Origin: Catajapyx aquilonaris | Taxonomy: Eukaryota | Direction: 5' to 3' | DNA: 64,000 bases | Assembly: GCA_000934665.2 (NCBI GenBank) | Contig: KZ538092.1 | Location: forward strand, 62,001 to 126,000 | Shown here: piece by piece, positions 60,901-64,000 of the stretch | Layout: each line of letters starts with the position of its first letter | How positions within the stretch are numbered: position 1 is the stretch's first letter | The notes under the pieces: model-generated | Databases searched by the model: none | What the model was told of the DNA's origin: nothing | What the model saw: the letters and a program-made list of their open reading frames with translations, nothing else | Program-made: the position numbers and the translations under genes

Positions 60901-63900
60901 TGCGATTTTTTTAAAACACTAGCTTCATTATTACAAGGGAGCATTCACCCATAGAGTGAGTTATATACGAACAGCAGGGCTCACCATTTTGAGTGGCATT
61001 TTCCTTTCAAAATATTTTAGAGCTCGTGCTGAAATATACCTCCAGGGGAAGGCATTTGTTATATCCAAAAACAACAGCGTATGGTATGTATCGGTCGAGG
61101 GATCCAAGAATAAATTGTTGGCGAAACGTTGTATGTTTGTATATCAACCGCAGCGTACCCACCACATAACTCATTGTCTGTTGAGATAATCCACATGCCC
61201 CCATGCCATATTTTTAAAGAGGGGGAAAGAATGTGTGCGTGTGCTGATGTGCATATGAAATGTTTCCATGTGTGTGTGTGTGTGTGTGTATGCCCACACA
61301 GCAGGCAAGAGGTATAGCTAAATAGGGGACAGGGCCAGCTGCGGTTTTCGCAGTTTGGAAAATTTCGTTCGCTTTCCGAAATGATTAGCAGCTTGTTTCT
61401 CGTCCGGTCCGCTTACGGGGGCGGAATAATACATTTTTCCGGCTTAAGCATCGGTCGAATAGCCAGCTCCCAAACTACAGGGTGGTACAAATTCGCCAGT
61501 ACAGTTCAACAGGGAACAATCTGTGGAAAAAAAAATCGTATATAAACAATCATAAAAGAGACGAGAAAAAATCGTATATAAATATACGACTCAAATACAA
61601 GTAACTTTTGTGATGAACATGCATGCCATGCTTCATTTTAATAATTTTCTTTCCGTGTCCCCTCCATCATCATTCCCCCCCACAACATGTTAAAAAGCGA
61701 ATGAGGGTTGGCAGCATTGTACACAATAATTTCTACTTTTTTTGGGAAGCTGCTGGGGGAGAGGGAGGCACATATTTATGCACCCCCAGTTTTATTTACC
61801 TGGGTCCATTTTATTTGTGCACAGTGGTGCGGGCAGGTGGAAATATGTTGCCAGGGAGAGGCATGCAGTTTGCAACTCGAGCCTATAAAGCCTGCATATA
61901 CAGTATATATACTGCACACACGACGCCCTGGGCCTCTAGAAGCCTACTATTATGAGGCACACACAAAAAAAAGTGTATGGGAGATAAAATAGGTTGCCAT
62001 GGAGACTTTTGGCTGGGGAGGTTAGGAATCTTCGGGGCTGGGGGTTGCCAGGCGACTTCCACCTATAGTATACACACTACACAGAGGACTATATGAATAT
62101 ACCTTTTTGCCATGGGGATGCTGGATGACAGGCAGGGGCAAGACGGGGGAGTACACTCCAGAAGATCAAGTCGAGGGGTCATTTCCCGGAAGCAATATGG
62201 TGGCAGCAGATTGCGTACATTGTTGACTATATAGAGCCACCTGATATGAGAGGCAGCGCAAATCAATTTTACTTGCACTATAGGGTTTTTGGACCTTCCA
62301 GGGTATACGAAAGACGATGCGGTAGTGTAAATATGTGCTTGCGTTGTCGTTTCTTGCTCGACAAGATGCGCAAGAAAATTATGGCGTGTTGCACTATATA
62401 CATGGAGGAAAGTGCTTGGGAATTGATTAATTGCGTTGTGGTTAGGAGCGACAGGTCGTCAATTATTGCTTCATCTGCATAGGCGGCAGACAAGTGAGCT
62501 ACACGCTTCTGCAGGGTTTTGAAGCTGCTGGAGGTGATGCGTTCAAGTTATACTGCAGTGGGACTCATTCGAGTTTAATATGAATAATTGCTGGAATATA
62601 GTCGGGACAAGTTTCTCTCTCGTTTTACCATAAAAGCGGTGCAGTTTTGTGACATCTCTCTGCGTCTGCTGTGACAAATTACTGAATATTGCGGCGACTC
62701 CTGTTACTATACTCGCATTTAATTGCTCGTTTTTGGTGTTTTTTGAGTATGTTTTCTTAATTAGGGCTTGCTGCACCATTATATTGGAACTGCGAATATA
62801 TACTGTGTCCTGTTTATATCGTCATGACGTGTCGCCTGTCCAAGGGGAAAAAAAGTACGCTGAAAGTTTTTTAAGAGAACATGATGCAAATAAGTGAGCG
62901 CAAACATCAGCATTAATTCGCAGCATTTGGGCAACGATGTGCTAAGGCGTTACGGATCATTCCGTCGTATATGGTGTGTGACAAACTAATTCAGCGTGAC
63001 ACTTCATGCAACCAACGGCCTTTGAGTGGACTATACCCCCTCTCTTTTTTTTGAATATTCCGTTTGGTCGAAAGCGCGACGTCACTTGTACATACACCAG
63101 ACATAAAAAGTTATGCGACGAAATCACCGTCGCGTAATGCAACACGACCACTGATTGCAGCTCGACCTGTACAGTTTGCAAAACGTGACAACTGTACGTG
63201 CGGAGATAATTTCGACGATAATTAAATGACACCGGGTTCCGCTCCACCCATTCTAGCTCATATGATATGATCATGCTCACACGTGCATAAGGATAATCTT
63301 CTCTTTCCCCCCTCCCATCATCTATATATATATATATGAAAAAAAAACTGGGAATCTCCCGTGTGGACCGAAAAAATGAAAAGAAAAATGCTGTTAGAGA
63401 GCTGGCGGATTCTTCAGCAAGAGTGCTCGAGTCAATAAGTAATGAGTATTGACGGGCAAGTTAGGAATATCATCGGTGGGTGGGGCTTATGTGTATATGA
63501 AGAGAGAGAAAAAAAGAGGTGCTGGCTTCCCCTCTTCGTCCCTGTTCCGGGGTTGTACTTAATAATTCATCGGTCTGGGCTGCAAAACTCATGAATAAAA
63601 GCTGCAGACTTTAAAGCGAACCCCCTCTCGCTTTTTACTGACATCGCAAAAAATTTGATAGATTTTTATACCTTTCCTGCCATCATATGCAATTTTTTTT
63701 CCAGCGAATGTACGATTCCATATGGGATTGTTTTCCAGTATCGCAGCATCGATTATTTGCTTCTTTTTTTTTGCAAACGGATTAAATGCAGAGAGTGTGT
63801 GTGCTGTGTTATAGAGAGAGATGAGGAGTGGGGGGTTCACAGTCCTGGACAAACTTGTTGGGCACACATCCTCGCCATGGCAACCTGACCTAACTCTCCC

Positions 63901-64000
63901 CAGGACCCCCCCTTATAATACCGGCCTTAACCTCCTTAACCCCACCCCCTCTGGACTTTCAAATTAATTGGGCAAAGGGACGTGCCACCTTTAAGTGCAG

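Overview
Eukaryotic (animal, most likely arthropod) genomic DNA; the supplied ORF track ignores introns, so gene models were rebuilt by hand from splice signals and protein motifs. 5.8-39.7 kb is a compact cluster of eight intron-containing housekeeping genes: SLU7(+), DDX41/abstrakt(-), TM2D2(+), QDPR(-), KCMF1(+), sideroflexin(+), TEX261(-), SMC3(+). Every model closes in frame. A small uncharacterised TATA-box gene lies at 1.3-3.7 kb. 40-64 kb is gene-poor, with MITE-like inverted repeats, a DINE/HINE-like element, microsatellites and an N gap. The most interesting signals are in recoding and RNA processing: (1) QDPR ends UGA-CUG-UCC-CGU-CUG-UGA, a leaky-type stop that would append a peroxisomal PTS1 (SRL); (2) two duplicated 128-nt, apparently mutually exclusive exons in sideroflexin; (3) a U12-type AT-AC intron in KCMF1; (4) two GC-AG introns in SMC3; (5) a symmetric CRE+ETS promoter with a ~105-bp tandem array between TEX261 and SMC3; (6) CTCF-like motifs, partly repeat-borne, at both edges of the cluster.
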